This document shows, in pieces, positions 1 through 13,959 of a stretch of DNA of 64,000 nucleotides. Each line of letters begins with the position of its first letter. Position 1 is the stretch's first letter. Source of the DNA: the human T2T-CHM13v2.0 reference genome, Homo sapiens; the NCBI RefSeq assembly GCF_009914755.1, contig NC_060925.1. One strand, 5' to 3'. The notes beneath the pieces are model-generated. The model was not told the origin of the DNA and searched no databases. It worked only from the letters and a program-made list of their open reading frames with translations. A program made the position numbers and the translations under genes.

Positions 1-1930
1 TCTAATTTAACTTATATTCTGCATATCTAACAAATCAGTAACAGATGTTTTACTCATTTTGTACAGTTGTATAGTACTCCTATTTTGGATGCATCAAAAC
101 TTATTAGCCACTTATGAATGTATGGACATTTAGGCTGTTTGCAGTATTTTTCAATTAAAATAGTGCTGCAATAAATAACCTGTGCATACATACCTTTGTA
201 TTATTGCATGTTTCTCCTAAGAGCAAATATTTAGAAATGAGATTGCTGGGTCAAAGGTAAGTGCAAATGTAATTATGTAAAGTACTGCTAACATTTCCTA
301 ATATTTATACCAGTTTGTATTCCCAACAGCAATGTGTGAGGACTATTTCTCCATGGCATCCCCAACACAAGGTCTTATTGCACTTTGTGAATTTTACAAG
401 TGTAATTGGAAAAAAAATGGTATCTCAGTATTGCTTTAATTTGTTTTTCTCTAGTTATAAGTAGTTTTGAAAACTTGTTCATGTTTGAGGTGCATTTTAA
501 TGTTTTTCATGTTTGTGCATGTCTTTTTTTCTAATTTTTCTATTGGGTTTTTGTATTTTTGTCACTTAATTTTTAAAAGTTCTTTATATATGAGAGCTTT
601 GTATCTGCAATATATGTTGCAAATAGTTTCTCCCAATTTTTCAACTTTTTTAAATGGTGATTTTACAATTATTTGGTTTTGGTAGTCAAATGTATCAATC
701 TTTCATGTATGGCATCTATGTTGTTTCTCTTTTACCTTTGTATTTTCAATTATTTTTAGAAAGTCTTTCCCTACTTCAAGGTTAAAGGGGAATCCATGCA
801 TGTTTTCTTCCAGTACTTATATGGTTGTACTTTTAAAAAATCCACTTGCAGTTTATTTTGTGTATGGCAGTGGAAATAAGTCTAATTTTATCTTTTCAAA
901 ACAAATATTCAGTTGTCCTAGCATCATTTATTAAAAAATCCATCTTTACCTCAGAGATTGGGGATACCACTTTTGTCATACATTAAATTTTTTAGTGTTT
1001 TGAGATCTATTTCTGGACTTTCTATTTTATTTAAATAATCTATTTGTGTATTCATGCCCTGTAGCACACTTTTAATTACAGGGATATGTTTTAATATCTG
1101 ATAGAGCTATTATCCTTTTATAGTTTTTATTTGTCAATGTTTACTATGGTATTCTAATATGCTTGATTTTTCATATGTACTTTAGTATCAAATTCTTTAA
1201 CTCCATAAAATATTGGGTGATATTTTTTGTGATCACTGGTAATTTATATATTAACTTAGTGAAAACTGATATCTTTTTAATGTTGGGTTATCCTTTTCAA
1301 AAATGCTGGATATATTTTCATCAAGTCTAGTTTTTTTTTAGTTTCAAGAGTGTTTATTTTAAAAATTTTGAATAGATATTGTGATTTTAGATTAAATTTA
1401 TTGTTAATATTTAATCTTTTGCTATTTGTAAATGAAGTTTTTGCTAGTATAATGTCATCTAGCTGCTTATTGTTTCTATATGTGAAGGTTATTGATTTTG
1501 TATGTTAATTTTATGCTCATTACTTTTCTAAAGTCATTTATTGTTCTAGCTAATTTTATTATTGATTATCTGTACTATCAGATACACTATCATATATGCA
1601 GATAGTATATCTTATCCATTGTTATTCTGATAATTGATTTCTCTTATTTAATTTCTTTGACTAATACCTCTGGTATAGGGTTGAAAACTAAAGTGCTATT
1701 TGTTGTCATATTTAGTGGTTTTCAGGTTGACTTCTGCAGTGTCTGATATCAGGATCACAATTTCTTTTCTCTTTCTATTTGCATTTTCCTGGCACACTTT
1801 TTTCCCATACCTTTCTGACTTACTTTGTTTTAGGTGTATTTTTTTATGTGCAGCATATTATTGAGTCTTGTTTTGTGGGCCTAAATGGAAATTTTTTTTC
1901 TTAACTAGGTAAGCTAAGCTCATTTGTTTT
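1..1930 (-). mobile_element. Ancient L1M (L1MC/L1ME-type) ORF2/3' fragment, antisense
   Basis: T-rich decayed L1 antisense motifs: GATTGCTGGGTCAAAGGTA, TTCCCAACAGCAATGTGTGAG, TGGTATCTCAGTATTGCTTTAATTTG, TTGTCCTAGCATCATTTATTAAAAA. Confidence 0.75.
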
Positions 1931-1995
1931 TATTCATATGACAGATATATTTAATACCAAATCTTATATATCATATAATTATCTTGTTATATCTT

Positions 1996-2315
1996 TGTGT
2001 GTCTGTGTGTGTGTGTGTGTGGTTTTTTGTTTTTTTTTTTTTTTGAGACGGAGTTTCATTCTTGTTGCCCAGGCTGGAGTGCAATGGCTTGATCTCGGCT
2101 CACCACAACCTCCGCCTCCTGGTTCAAGCGATTCTCCTGCCTCAGCCTCCCGAGTAGCTGGGATTACAGGCATACACGCCACCAGGCCTGGCTAATTTTC
2201 TATTTTTAGTAGAGACGGGGTTTCTCCATGTTGATCAGGCTGGTCTCGAGCTCCCGACCTCCTGATCTGCCTCCCAAAGTGCTGGGATTACAGGCGTGAG
2301 CCACCGCGCCCAGCC
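1996..2315 (-). mobile_element. AluSp-like with (TG)n/poly-T tail and small left-arm deletion
   Basis: Sp diagnostics (TTTCTCCATG, CTCCCGACC, CTTGTTGCCC, GCAATGG); 17-bp TSD TTATCTT[G/A]TTATATCTT at 1979-1995 and 2316-2332. Confidence 0.93.
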
Positions 2316-2577
2316 TTATCTTATTATATCTTATAATTATGTTTACTTTGTTATATCTTATGTTTATTTTGTTGTATTTGTATACTAAGATTATATTAGC
2401 TACATTTTATTGACTTTCTACCTTTTTCAGGAACCCCAATCATAGTAATAGAATTCCTTCTCTCCTGTCTTCCATTTCTACTGCTTGCTCTTAGGTCCTT
2501 TTAACATTTCTTTTTCTTTTTCTTAATCATCCTTTTCAATTATTTTTATTTCTGGATTGTTTTCCTGCCATTTTTAA

Positions 2578-2916
<339 letters not shown>

Positions 2917-4788
2917 TTGAAATTTATTTTTAATTTATGGCCTTTTGTGCTGGTTCTGCTATTTCTTACCAGAATTCAGTCCACTCTCTTTATCACTTCT
3001 GCCTCTTTTTATACATATTTCTATTTTTAAAGTTTGTGAGTCAAAAGAGGTTTTCACATATCCTAAATGCTTATTGGAATATGTATAATTACATTTGGAA
3101 TGTTGATGCATACACTTCTGTTTTTTTGTTTTTCTTAGAGGAAAAGGTGTATTTTCCTCCATTGATTTGTGTAAATTTTTTTTCAAAAGCTTAATAAGTA
3201 TTTTATTTTGTTTCTGTTCATTTTTATGGCATTAGGACAATTTAATAATATTCCCAGTGTAAGAAAAACCTCTTCTTTCAGTATAGCAAAATCCAAATAA
3301 TTGAAAAGATTTTATTTGTTTTCATGTGGAGAAAGAGGTGAGTCCTCCGATTTTATGAATCTCTTTAGTGCAGTAGGACATTAAATTTGCTCCCCTTTTC
3401 TACTTCTTGCCATCACTAACCAATTGCCAAATGACACATCTTCCTGTTTTGTTTCCCCAGAAGCTATCTGCATTTTTAAGAGCATCTGTATTTGTATCTA
3501 GCCCTTCACCCAAGACCCTTTACTTTCTATTTAAAAGTTATTTCTCGTAGTGTGTGCTCTGAACTGCTCAAACACTTTTCTAATGTTTTCAGATTTAGTG
3601 TAGTTGTTCAAATCCTACTTAGACTCCTTTTTCAGACATTGTTATCTGTCTTTCCTGCACTTTTTTTTTCAGTCTGCCTTTGGTCATTACAGTGCACTGA
3701 GGCTGGCTAAGTGTGAGGCAGGCATATAAGAGACATATAAGGGATTGGAATTTAGTAACTTTATTATTTTTACTCACACTTATTTTGCGGTTTTGACATT
3801 CTCTGTCTTCAAACATGAAAAGGGCATAATTTTTTACAGAATTTGTGTCTCCCTTTTTATTTCTTCTTTATGGATTGGGAGAACATTCTTGGAGCTACTT
3901 GGCTTGTTGCTGCCATTGTTCTCAGCTACCCAGAAGTCTGGCCTCATGCATTGATTTCTGTTTATTTGTCTTAATATCTCAAATGACTTTTCCTTTTTCT
4001 TATTATTAGAAGAAACTTTTGCTTTTTCTACTGTACCTATAATGTTTTTTCAGCTAATTTCTCAATACATTTATTGCTATTATTTTATTATTTTTTGAAT
4101 TTTTCAAGTTCTAGTTCTAATTTTTAAAGATTGCTTCATATTTAAATCTTAAATTTCTCATACAGTTTTGTTGTTGCTGCTGTTATTTACTTTTTGAGGA
4201 GTTTACAGTTGTCACTTTACTTTTATTTTATTTGCTAAAAAGTAATTTCCCTTTTCCTTTTGTCCTATAACCAATGGTATCCATTAGAGTAATCTGACCT
4301 GTAGCTGTCCTCTCAACTACTTCTCCAGAGAGGAGGAGTGTCATATCTAGTAAGCAAACTTTGGAGACGAAACTGAAGATATGGGGGATCCATTCTTTTT
4401 CTCCCTTTTTCTTCAGATCTGATGTATTACAAAGATAAAGCACCAAACTAAAACTTTTTAAAAAGGATATTAGAAAAGGGAGCAATATTTAAGTTCTTAC
4501 CAGATCAGAAAGTGACTGAAGCCCAGTGACATCTGACAGAATAAAGCAAATCTAAGATAGCAGATTTGAATGACTCCACCAGAGGAAGCCAGAACCTGGG
4601 TTACATTTAGAAGAAGACTTTCAAAACTTCTGATGTAGAATTCCCTGGAATTTTCCAATAGCAACACAGGAAACATCTTTTGAGTGTCTAAACAGATCAA
4701 AGGGGAGGTCCAGGGAAGGTCAGCATGAAATAGTCGAGACATACTTGGTGACTTTTCAGTGTTTTATGTTTATTGTACACAGCATGCC

Positions 4789-5128
4789 TGCTATGGTCTG
4801 AATGATCATGTCCCTCTAAATTCAGATGTTAAAATCCTAACCCCAAAGGTGATGGTACTAGGAGGTGGGCCCTTTGGAAGGTGATTAAATCATGATGTCA
4901 GAGCACCCATAAGTGAGATGAGTGCTCTTCTAAATGACCACAGACTGTTAGCTAGCTCCTTCCACCATGTGACAACACAGCTAGAAATCATCATCTATGA
5001 ACCAGAAATCTGCTGGCTCCTTGACCTTGGACTTCTCCAACTCTAAAACTGTGAGAAACAAATTCGTGCTGTTTATAAGCCCTCTAGTTTATGGTATTTT
5101 GTTATCACAGCCAAAACAGACTAAGACA
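4789..5128 (+). mobile_element. MLT1A/MLT1A0-type MaLR solo LTR
   Basis: TGCTATGGTCTGAATG ... TTTGTTATCACAGCCAAAACAGACTAAGACA termini; perfect 5-bp TSD ATGCC (4784-4788, 5129-5133). Confidence 0.9.
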
Positions 5129-5980
5129 ATGCCTATAAAAATTTACATTAAAAAAGAAAATATTTAAGGCCTTACAAGGAAGCTAAGTAGAACTATAATA
5201 AAATACCTTCAGGATCAGATCAAATGTTTGTCAGCAGAAAAAATGATTTTCCAATGGGTTTATCAAATTCAGGGAGGATATGGCAATGTAGGGACGGTTA
5301 TTTTTTGACTAGTAAGAACACATACCTGAGAAAAATTAACAGTAACTGTAGTTCAAAATTTACTGAGGGTTATTCTATAATTGAAGTAAATATGGGTAAT
5401 GGATGGGAAAGAAAGACATTTTAAATATTTAAATGTTGGGCAAAAGGCAGCCATGTCTCACATATGCCACTCGGAGAGGAAAGAGCATGTTTTTGTTATT
5501 GACTTAGAGTACTGAAATATACCTTTTGATGGGGGTGGTATTTTTAACAAGTATGTTTAGATATACATATGATAGTTTCTGGAACCTTGACATGGATTAA
5601 CCTCATCATTAAACCTGATGAGGATAACACCTGGAAGGGCTGTTTTGTTTGTTTGTTTGTTTGTTTAACAAAACTTATTTTTGCACTCTGCTATTCTTTC
5701 TATTATGATTTTTAGTAACTAAGTTCTACATTATATAACCAGAATTTTGCTTGTGCCAAAATTTCTAGGGATAATGGATGGGCTTGTAAAACTTGTTGGT
5801 TGTGGGCTACTGCTGTGATGATACTATGCACCCTTTTAATTTTCAATGTAAAACTCTGGATTAGCAACATCAGAGAGCTTAGCTAAGCAACTTCAGCAGT
5901 ACTAAAGGAATATATACAATATAGCCTAGCCTGACTCTACTCAAGTTCCTATATGAAAACCCTAGGACTAAAATTTTGGA

Positions 5981-6002
5981 TTTTTTTTTTTTTTTTTTTT
6001 TT
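5981..6002. repeat. Poly-T(22) tract
   Basis: Direct reading; flanked by a TTTTGGA duplication. Confidence 0.9.
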
Positions 6003-6907
6003 GGAATTTAGATTTCCCTTTCTTGGACTTTTAACTTACAAGGTCAAGAGAATTGAGAATTTTATTTTAATTTTTAGCTCTTTTGAATTCACAAAGTTTG
6101 AGTTTATGTTTTTGGAATATTAATTTATCCCTGGGCATTTGATAGTAAGATGAGGATTATATAATAAGTTGGAGTCATCTCTGTTTTTCATTATTTTGTT
6201 ATTGTAAATGTAGTCAGTTGATGTCATTGTGAAACCTTTAATGAGTTATATGGGACAATGGGACTGGACATAATTTGAGTTGGAAAATAGAACAGAAAGT
6301 GGGGTTGCAGCCTTAGATACAGAGTGGCCTTTGATTAAAATTTCTTTGATTTATGTATTGCTTTAGTCCATTTCAGATCTTTCTGGAAGTTACATTTCAA
6401 ATTCTCTCCAGTGGGAATTTACATAATGGTTGGTACTGAAGTTCTAGACTCAGGAACGTAGGAAAACTGCTCTGAGACTGCTGATCTCCTTGCCTGAGAA
6501 GCCAGGCATACTTTTAATGTATCAGAAGCTTCACGGTTAGATAGAATGGTTTAAGTTAACGAATTTGGGAAATTTTGAAATATGACTTAGAAACCTCCTT
6601 TTCCTTGGTTTCTCAAATTTTAGACACAGGATAAAGAAGTTTTACCCATATTTCTGCAATTTGCAGTGAAATGTATGTTATATTGGTGATATTATCCTGA
6701 CTCCTGGTGGTCCACAACTTATTTATAAGCAACCAACATAACAGTACCAAGGCATAGAGATTGGATACCTGCCCAGGTGCTTCATATAATTACTAAACAG
6801 TGTGGCTTGTGAGAAGAAAATTGAGAGCTTGGAGCCAGGCTACACAGGATAGAGTGGACTACCTTGTATATACTGCTAGTGTACTATCATGCAGGCATTT
6901 AGATTAA

Positions 6908-7216
6908 TTTTTTTTCTTTTCTTTTTTTTTTTTTTGAGACAGTCTTTCGCTCTTGTTGCTCAGTCTGGAGTGCAATGGCATGATCTCGGCTCACCACAGC
7001 CTCCGCCTCACGGGTTCAAGTGATTCTCTTGCCTCAGCCTCCCGAGTAGCTGGGATTACAGGCATGTGCCACCACGCCTGGCTAATTTTGTATTTTTTGT
7101 AGAGACGGGGTTTCTCCATGTTGGTCAGGCTCGTCTCAAACTCCTGACCTCAGGTGATCCACCCACCTCGGCCTCCCAACGTGCTGGGATTACAGGCGTG
7201 AGCCATAGCACCTGGC
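6908..7216 (-). mobile_element. AluSp-like
   Basis: Full dimer with Sp diagnostics; 11-bp TSD GCATTTAGATT (6895-6905, 7217-7227). Confidence 0.93.
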
Positions 7217-8489
7217 GCATTTAGATTTTATATGATGAAAATTTGGGAAGCCCAAGACAGGTTTTTATCAGAGGAGTGACAAAGTTTGATTCACACAATA
7301 AAATCTTTCTGTTTGGAGAATGAACAGCAGAGAGGCAAGAATGGAGAAAGAGAGATGGTATTTTCCCTCCCTCAGCTGCCTCTAATCAGCAGCTCGTACA
7401 CAGTACTATCGTTGGCTCTTTCAGCAAGACCTGCATATTCTCTTAGATGTTTTGAGCTCAGAGGCATCTAATTTTAGCAGAATCCACAAAATATGAACAT
7501 TTCCATATTTAATGGCACACAGCAGGAAAGCCCCTTGAGCAAGAAAGTCCTGAAGTTTCGCCAGGCTTACAGAAGGAGGGCTCACTGAAAAATCACCGAG
7601 GCTGGATTCGTATCCAAAAAAGAATGGGGCACGGGACAGTAATAAGGGCATCTCATGTCTAAAGTACAAATCTAAGAATCCTGTTGGAGTAAAAACTTCG
7701 CCTAATTTACTACAGTAAAGAAATCAACTGTTAGAATAAACATGCATTATTTCCTGTAGATAGCTTTCTTTTACAGTGCATATGAATTAATCCACATGTT
7801 GTCAGTACACAGAGATATTTGTCTGCAACTTCATATGGAAATGCTTAAGTTCAGCTACTTTTCTTTGCAAGGAAAGCATGTAAAGTTATACACTTCCTCA
7901 TTCCTTTTAAGATGATTTAATACATCTTAGTCCATGTGACAAACACTATGCTTACAATTTCTAAACTGTAAAAACTTTTCGTCTAAGTTTAGCAATTGGC
8001 ACCAGGCAAAGGGCTAGTTGTTCTCTCAAGTATTCCTATGTGAATCCGAAATCTAAGGTTTTAGAATCAGAAGATAATTCGAATATAGACAGAAAAAATT
8101 AAGATTTCAATAGGGTCAAGTTCAAACGCATACAGTTGACACTGGTTAAAGGAATTTTGGAAAATGTGTTTTAGGAATCTTTATCCGTAGAAAAAAAAAT
8201 TGGAACTTAGTACAGAACTGCAATTGAAGCTTCCAGAAGAATATGTGGGCACAGCCATAACACTAGTTTTGGTTGTATAAATACTATTGCGCTGTTGTGC
8301 AAGTTTAAGAGAAATTTTCTCTAACTTTCTGGGCCTCGGTTTTTCTCTCCACTGACATCGTACCTATTCTTTACCCAAGATAATTTCTGACAGAAAGAAA
8401 TAATTTGAAAGAAAATATGACCCAGAGTGCTGTGCTATTGCTAGTAATTATCAGTATATTTTGATGTTTTTATTATTGCTTGCTTTTTT

Positions 8490-8645
8490 CAGATTTTAAC
8501 TTATTTTTAATTTTTATTGAGGAATACTATATAAGTATTCAGCCTGATAAAATTTCACAAATGAAACACACTTCTGTAACCAGCTGCCAACTCAAGAAAG
8601 GGAATATTACAAACTTCCATTTGTACTCTTTAGTCACTATTCTAT
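8490..8645 (-). mobile_element. Old L1M 3'-end fragment
   Basis: TTTTTATTGAGG...AATTTCACAAATGAAACACACTTCTGTAACCAGC...CAAGAAAGGGAATATTAC resembles the antisense 3' end of L1MC/ME. Confidence 0.6.
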
Positions 8646-9559
8646 TAAGAAAAAGCTGATTGGAAACTGATTCTGTGCATGGATCTTGTCAACTATTAAC
8701 TTCACTGTAGGAAAACCTCCAAAAGACTTTCCTCTTGGATAGATCAGATTCCTTAGAAAAAGATCCTCCAGTCTCTGTGTGGAGGGTAATCTCTTGGCTC
8801 TCCGCATGCTGGAAGCCCAGCGAGTTTATCTAATCCCTTTAAATCTACCCACTTTTGAATGGGGCCAATAGCCATAAATCCCTAATTACTTTACATCTCC
8901 ACAGAACAAACTTATTCTTTTTTGGTGTTGTAATGAGACAGTCCCACAAATCTGCAAAAGGGCAAAGGATCTTAGATTCTTATTGCTTCTTAATCGATCT
9001 TTCAAACAACTCTAATTGTCATATTTCTTTTTATCCTACATTCAGAGGTACTCGTTTTTTTCCCGAATCTAGAGCCCTTGGGAAACTCTGTAGTGTGAGT
9101 CTCAGATTTTGCCTTCCAGAGTAGGACTCAGTTTTCTTAGATTTAATATGCTATTTATTACCTCACCATTGTTTTCCCTATTCTAACTTTTTTATTGTTG
9201 TTTCCCATGTTCCTTGTTTTTGTATATATAGACTTACTTATATCTTAGAGTAGGCTATAGAAAGGAAGCAAAAATAGACATGGTGTTCAATATTCAATAG
9301 TCCATCTTTGCCCAGTAATATATTACTCATTATATTAAATTTCTATGTACCTATTGCTGTTTTCAAGAGCTAAGGAATAATTTTTCAACAAGTATTAGGT
9401 AATTCTTCAATATCATGAATAATTTTATTAAATTTACTTTAATAAATTAGAACTTCAATTAAGTTTTCTCCTAAAGAACTTTCTCTTCTCGTCCTCCATT
9501 TTTCACAGACTTTGTAGGCTATTTCATATCTGTTTCCTGGGACTTCATAGGTATTTTTC

Positions 9560-10450
9560 CATTTATTTCTCTGTTTTCTCCATCCAATAATTTCAGTGAA
9601 TTTCTGTTTTGATTTTTGTCTCCCTTAAGGTAAGAATATCCTAAATCAGTTTCCTCAGAAGGGTATCATGAGAAATCAAGACTTTGAGCTTAATCATATC
9701 TGCAAATACATTTATTCTGCAATGTTATTGCTCATCTGGTTGCATTGAGAATTCTGGGTCAAAAATCTCATTCCTTCAGATTTTGATGAAATCACCTCAC
9801 TATTTTCATAGCAACCATTTTGATTTCCTTGCCTTTTATGTGACTTCTTTTTCTGTGTATATATTTGAGTTATTTTCTGTATATATATTTGGGATGTGTG
9901 TGTGTGTGTGTGTGTGTGTGTTCATTTTCAATGTATTATGCTAGACCATTAATACTGTTTGTAGTTTTAAAACTGTTATACTTAGCTCTGAGAAATATTT
10001 TTGTATTATTTATTTGATAATATATGTACTCAAATAACCCCTGCTTTTCTTTCCATACTTACTATTAAGAGGGGGTTGACCTTCTTAGAATGACTTTAAT
10101 GTCCATGTTTTTCCCGTTATAGTTTCTATTTCTTTGTGTTTATGCTCTACCATTTAGGAGATTTCCTACCTTGATAAACTTTATATTGAATTGTTATTTT
10201 GTTAATAAAAATTTTGATTTTCAAGAGCTCCTTTATATTTTCTAAATGTTTCTATTTCATGCCCTCCTTTTCTTGCTTTATAGGCAATATATTTTCTCTC
10301 ATCTTTGTGATATATTAAAGGTATGGTTATTGGCTTCTCTTCCTGGCCTGGTATCTTTCTTGTGAGTTTCCTTTGAGGAGAGATTATTCCTATTAATTTT
10401 TTTTCTTATCAAAGGCTTTCTGAAAAAGTGTCGAGTTGTGCTTGACTCTT
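9560..10450 (-). mobile_element. Highly decayed L1M fragment(s)
   Basis: T-rich antisense L1-like tracts (GAGAATTCTGGGTCAAAAATCTCATTCCTTCAGATTTTGA, AGCTCTGAGAAATATTTTTGTATTATTT); edges approximate. Confidence 0.5.
9896..9921. repeat. (TG)n microsatellite
   Basis: Direct reading, about 13 units. Confidence 0.95.
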
Positions 10451-13210
10451 TATTCATGTTTCAGACAAAAAAAAAAAACACTGAAAGGCTGACTGATTGC
10501 TCTGTGAGTATGGATATGAGGCTTATTGACTTGTGAGTTTCACTGTGGAATGAGCAGTTGAATCGACTTTTTAAAAAAAATTATTTAGCTCTCTAAAGTA
10601 TCTGTATATGAAATCTTTTCTCTGGGACTATATAGGTATTCTAGAGAAACATCTTTGAATCTTCTACCTGAGAGGAGAAGTAACGCTTTCGAATACTCTG
10701 AAAGCATGGAAGGGAAGTGGTTTCACATCTCATAGTTCAGCAGGTAGATTTCACTTCCATTTTATTTATTTTTTTAACCCAGTCCTCAACCTTGCCCTCT
10801 ACTTTGCATAGGATATCAGTTGTGTGACTTGGGGGCAGGACCTTAGTGTGGTCCATTTCTTCTCTTTACAAACTCCTAACATATTCCCTGATGTTAGTGG
10901 GAACTTCACCCTCACCTTCCCTATGACCTGTACTTTCAAACCTTGAGGCTCGCAGAATTTCACAAGGGTAAATTGCCATACTTTTCCTGGTCATCTCTTC
11001 CCTTAGGCATTTATGTTGTAACTTTCTATACTCTGCACTATTATCACTTCCGCATTTGCCTTATCTCTTCCAAAAAAGTGTTGACATCATTCCTTTATTG
11101 TTGCCTTTTCCTCTTTTCTCTCTGTCTTTATGTACTCCTTAACTACAGTTTTGGTGGAGTTGCATGTTTTATAAATAGTAAACACTTTTAGGGCATGCAT
11201 CATATTTTCTTTAGTTTTCTTCACCAGTATCTAGGACAGTGTGTGGCACAAAGTAAGAGTTTAAAAAATCGGTTAGTTTTTAAGAACTGACATTGATATA
11301 AGTATTTATTAAACTACAACAGATTTTGAATATTAGAGCATCTTTCAGGATTGATACAATTAATTTTTTTAAATGGCCATTTTGTCCAAGTGGAGTGACT
11401 TTTTCTAATCTTATCTGTCTGCAGATTTCTTATTTATCCTTCAAAATGTTGGCTTGGTCACCATCAAGTCATCACTTCTAATATAACTTGTCTCAGAATT
11501 ATTCTCTATTTGATACTGTGTTTTTATATTGCATATATACTTATGATAGAATACATCAATATGTAAGTATTTGTTTTTATGTCATTGAAAGCAAAAACTT
11601 AATCTTCTCTGGATTTTCAGCTCTAGAAAAAAATATATCTGATGCAGAATCAGAACTCCACAAATATTTACTAAACTGTAATGAAATGAGTATTTTCTTC
11701 CAGGTATTATAGGAATGAACAGAAAACCGGGTATTCGTATTGCTGCCAGTTGATTTTAGCCATTTCAACATAGCCACAAAGCCCAGGGAATTTGGTTTTG
11801 GTTTCCCAAAAGGCTTTCATTGTTGGTTTTATTGCCAGAAGAAAAAGTATATTTTCCTACAAAGGAAATGAGGACAAATAGAAAACAAATTGTCCTCTTA
11901 CAAAGTTTTAAAACATATACCCAAATCAGAATTAGTCCCTTGATTGGATTTACTCTATTAATTTTAAATCATCCAATAGACCACTTGGCTGACTCACCAT
12001 GTGGAAAGTCAGAGTAGATTATCTAGTCAACCTTTTATTGTCTATATTTTTCTATAGATACTTCAGCAATTGAGATTCAACAATTTTTCCTAGTACATTT
12101 CTATCCTGAATGTGTGTGTGGGTGTGGGTGTGTGTGTGTTTACACACACATCAGTATGTGATACGGGGTCAAATGCTTCACTGTATTTTAAACAAGGGAG
12201 AATTTATCATTTCATACAGGCCAGAAAGAATTTTTCCCTCTATGGTTAGATGATTTTTAGGTTTTCACACTTGCAGTGGAAACTTACTTTTTATAGAAAA
12301 AGCAACACCTATCCGTTGTAGAAAATGTCTTATGGTTTGGGGATGGGGAAAAAATGAGGTGGTGAATGAAAAATGATTTGCTCCTCTGTCAGCCTTCAAA
12401 GAGGTGATTTTTCTGTAGTCTGGTCGGCAACGAGATTTACTTTGATTCAACTCTATCAGCAGCAGGCCAAAGAGCATTGTTTCTTTTCTTTCTCTTCTAT
12501 GTTTTGTTTTTCTTTAATTTGAAATTAATCAGATCAAGCATTGCTATCCTGTACCGTGTAGGTGATAGGAAATAAGAAAGCCAACTTACAGTTGTGGCCT
12601 GGATTACTATGCTTCACTATTATTGATTGGGGCAGTTACAGTATTGCTGGTTGAATTTTAAATGAGGCCTGATGCACCCAAGCATGTGTGGTAATCGAAA
12701 TACAACTTCAGACATTTTAGCAATTAGAGAAAAAAAAAAGCAATTGGTCTGAAGCTAGTTGGAAATACAAATTGCATGTCAAATGAATACACTATGTTCT
12801 CTTTGCTGGAAAAAATATGATGGAGAAAGTTTAGGGAGATAGAATGAAGATTCAGTAGTTAACAGTGCTGTAAGATAATTAGCTTTTCTGCATTATAAAG
12901 CCTAACCTTTGTTCAATGATTATTGAAATAATATAGAATTATTTAAATGGTAACAGTTGAGTTTGAAAATGGTTGACTTCTATAGAAATGCATGTTAGCC
13001 AAAGTGCTATGATTGAGGAATATGTATCTGCATTTATGCGTTTCACATATGTCTACATTTCCTAGAATAAAATTATTTTTCAACATAATTAACAATGTAT
13101 CTATTGTATTCTCTCTATAAAGATTTCTTTCACCCCACTGATTGAGTAGAAAATAGACTCTGTTTTAAATATGCCCTATTTTACCTAAGCTGAAACAGCA
13201 GGAGTGTCTT

Positions 13211-13228
13211 GTCACTAGAGGGCAGCCA
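13211..13228 (+). promoter_or_regulatory. CTCF core motif
   Basis: GTCACTAGAGGGCAGCCA matches the CTCF consensus (CCASYAGRKGGCRS) at all but one core position, in unique DNA. Confidence 0.7.
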
Positions 13229-13959
13229 TAATCTGCTACAGTCCAAAAGATCTTCCTGGATATCCAAGTCCAATTGCGAATGTGAAAGGCGTGATTTGGA
13301 ATCAGTGAACTATTTTTCAACTATACTTATTTTAGAAAGGGAACATGACCAGCCATGTTCAGACAACCAACCAGAAATGATCTGATTAAAAGTCAAAGCA
13401 AACAGACAATTGCAATACTGTTTGCTTGAATTATGGGAAATATATACCTCAGTTATCACAGAAAAAAACCTGATTGTAATGTTTTAAAAGAAAAAAATGT
13501 GAGTTTTTATGGGCACAGATTGGCCTTGTCCCCATTTCTATCGGTTTGTTGTTGCCACCAGGGAACCAAAGTTCCAGGCAAAGAAAAAAAGATCACTGAA
13601 CAAATAACTGTGAAATGCCTATGAGGCTGCTCATTTCTTCAAAATTTAGTTAGTTCAAATGCATGTAGATCTATTAGAAGGACTGGGAAATCAGAAACAA
13701 ATGAACACTTCATATCAACAGATGTTACTAGGATTTTGTAACTGGGGTAAATGTATTCCATGCCAACCTAAAAATGATCCCTGCCAAGTAAACCTTACAC
13801 AAGGTAGAGTTTAAATCTCTTGCCTTTAAAGGGATCTCCACGTCCAGCCAATCTGAATTAAAGATGAGTACCCATTAGTATTATGCAGACGGTTCAGCTT
13901 CTGTCCTTTCCCTTAGAACTGTATACCTGCTTATTTAAAAATGATTTTCAGGATCTTTT

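Noticed and set aside
4501-4532. Minus-strand 32-nt micro-exon (TTCTGTCAG|...CTG|GTAAGA)
   Set aside because: The splice signals are plausible but expected by chance in 64 kb, and there is no partner exon or coding signal.
4694-4704. Perfect TCF/LEF site AGATCAAAGGG
   Set aside because: A single isolated motif with no supporting cluster.
5974-6005. Poly(A)-only retroinsertion
   Set aside because: The TTTTGGA duplication overlaps the T-run and does not fit the L1 endonuclease TSD pattern; slippage is simpler.
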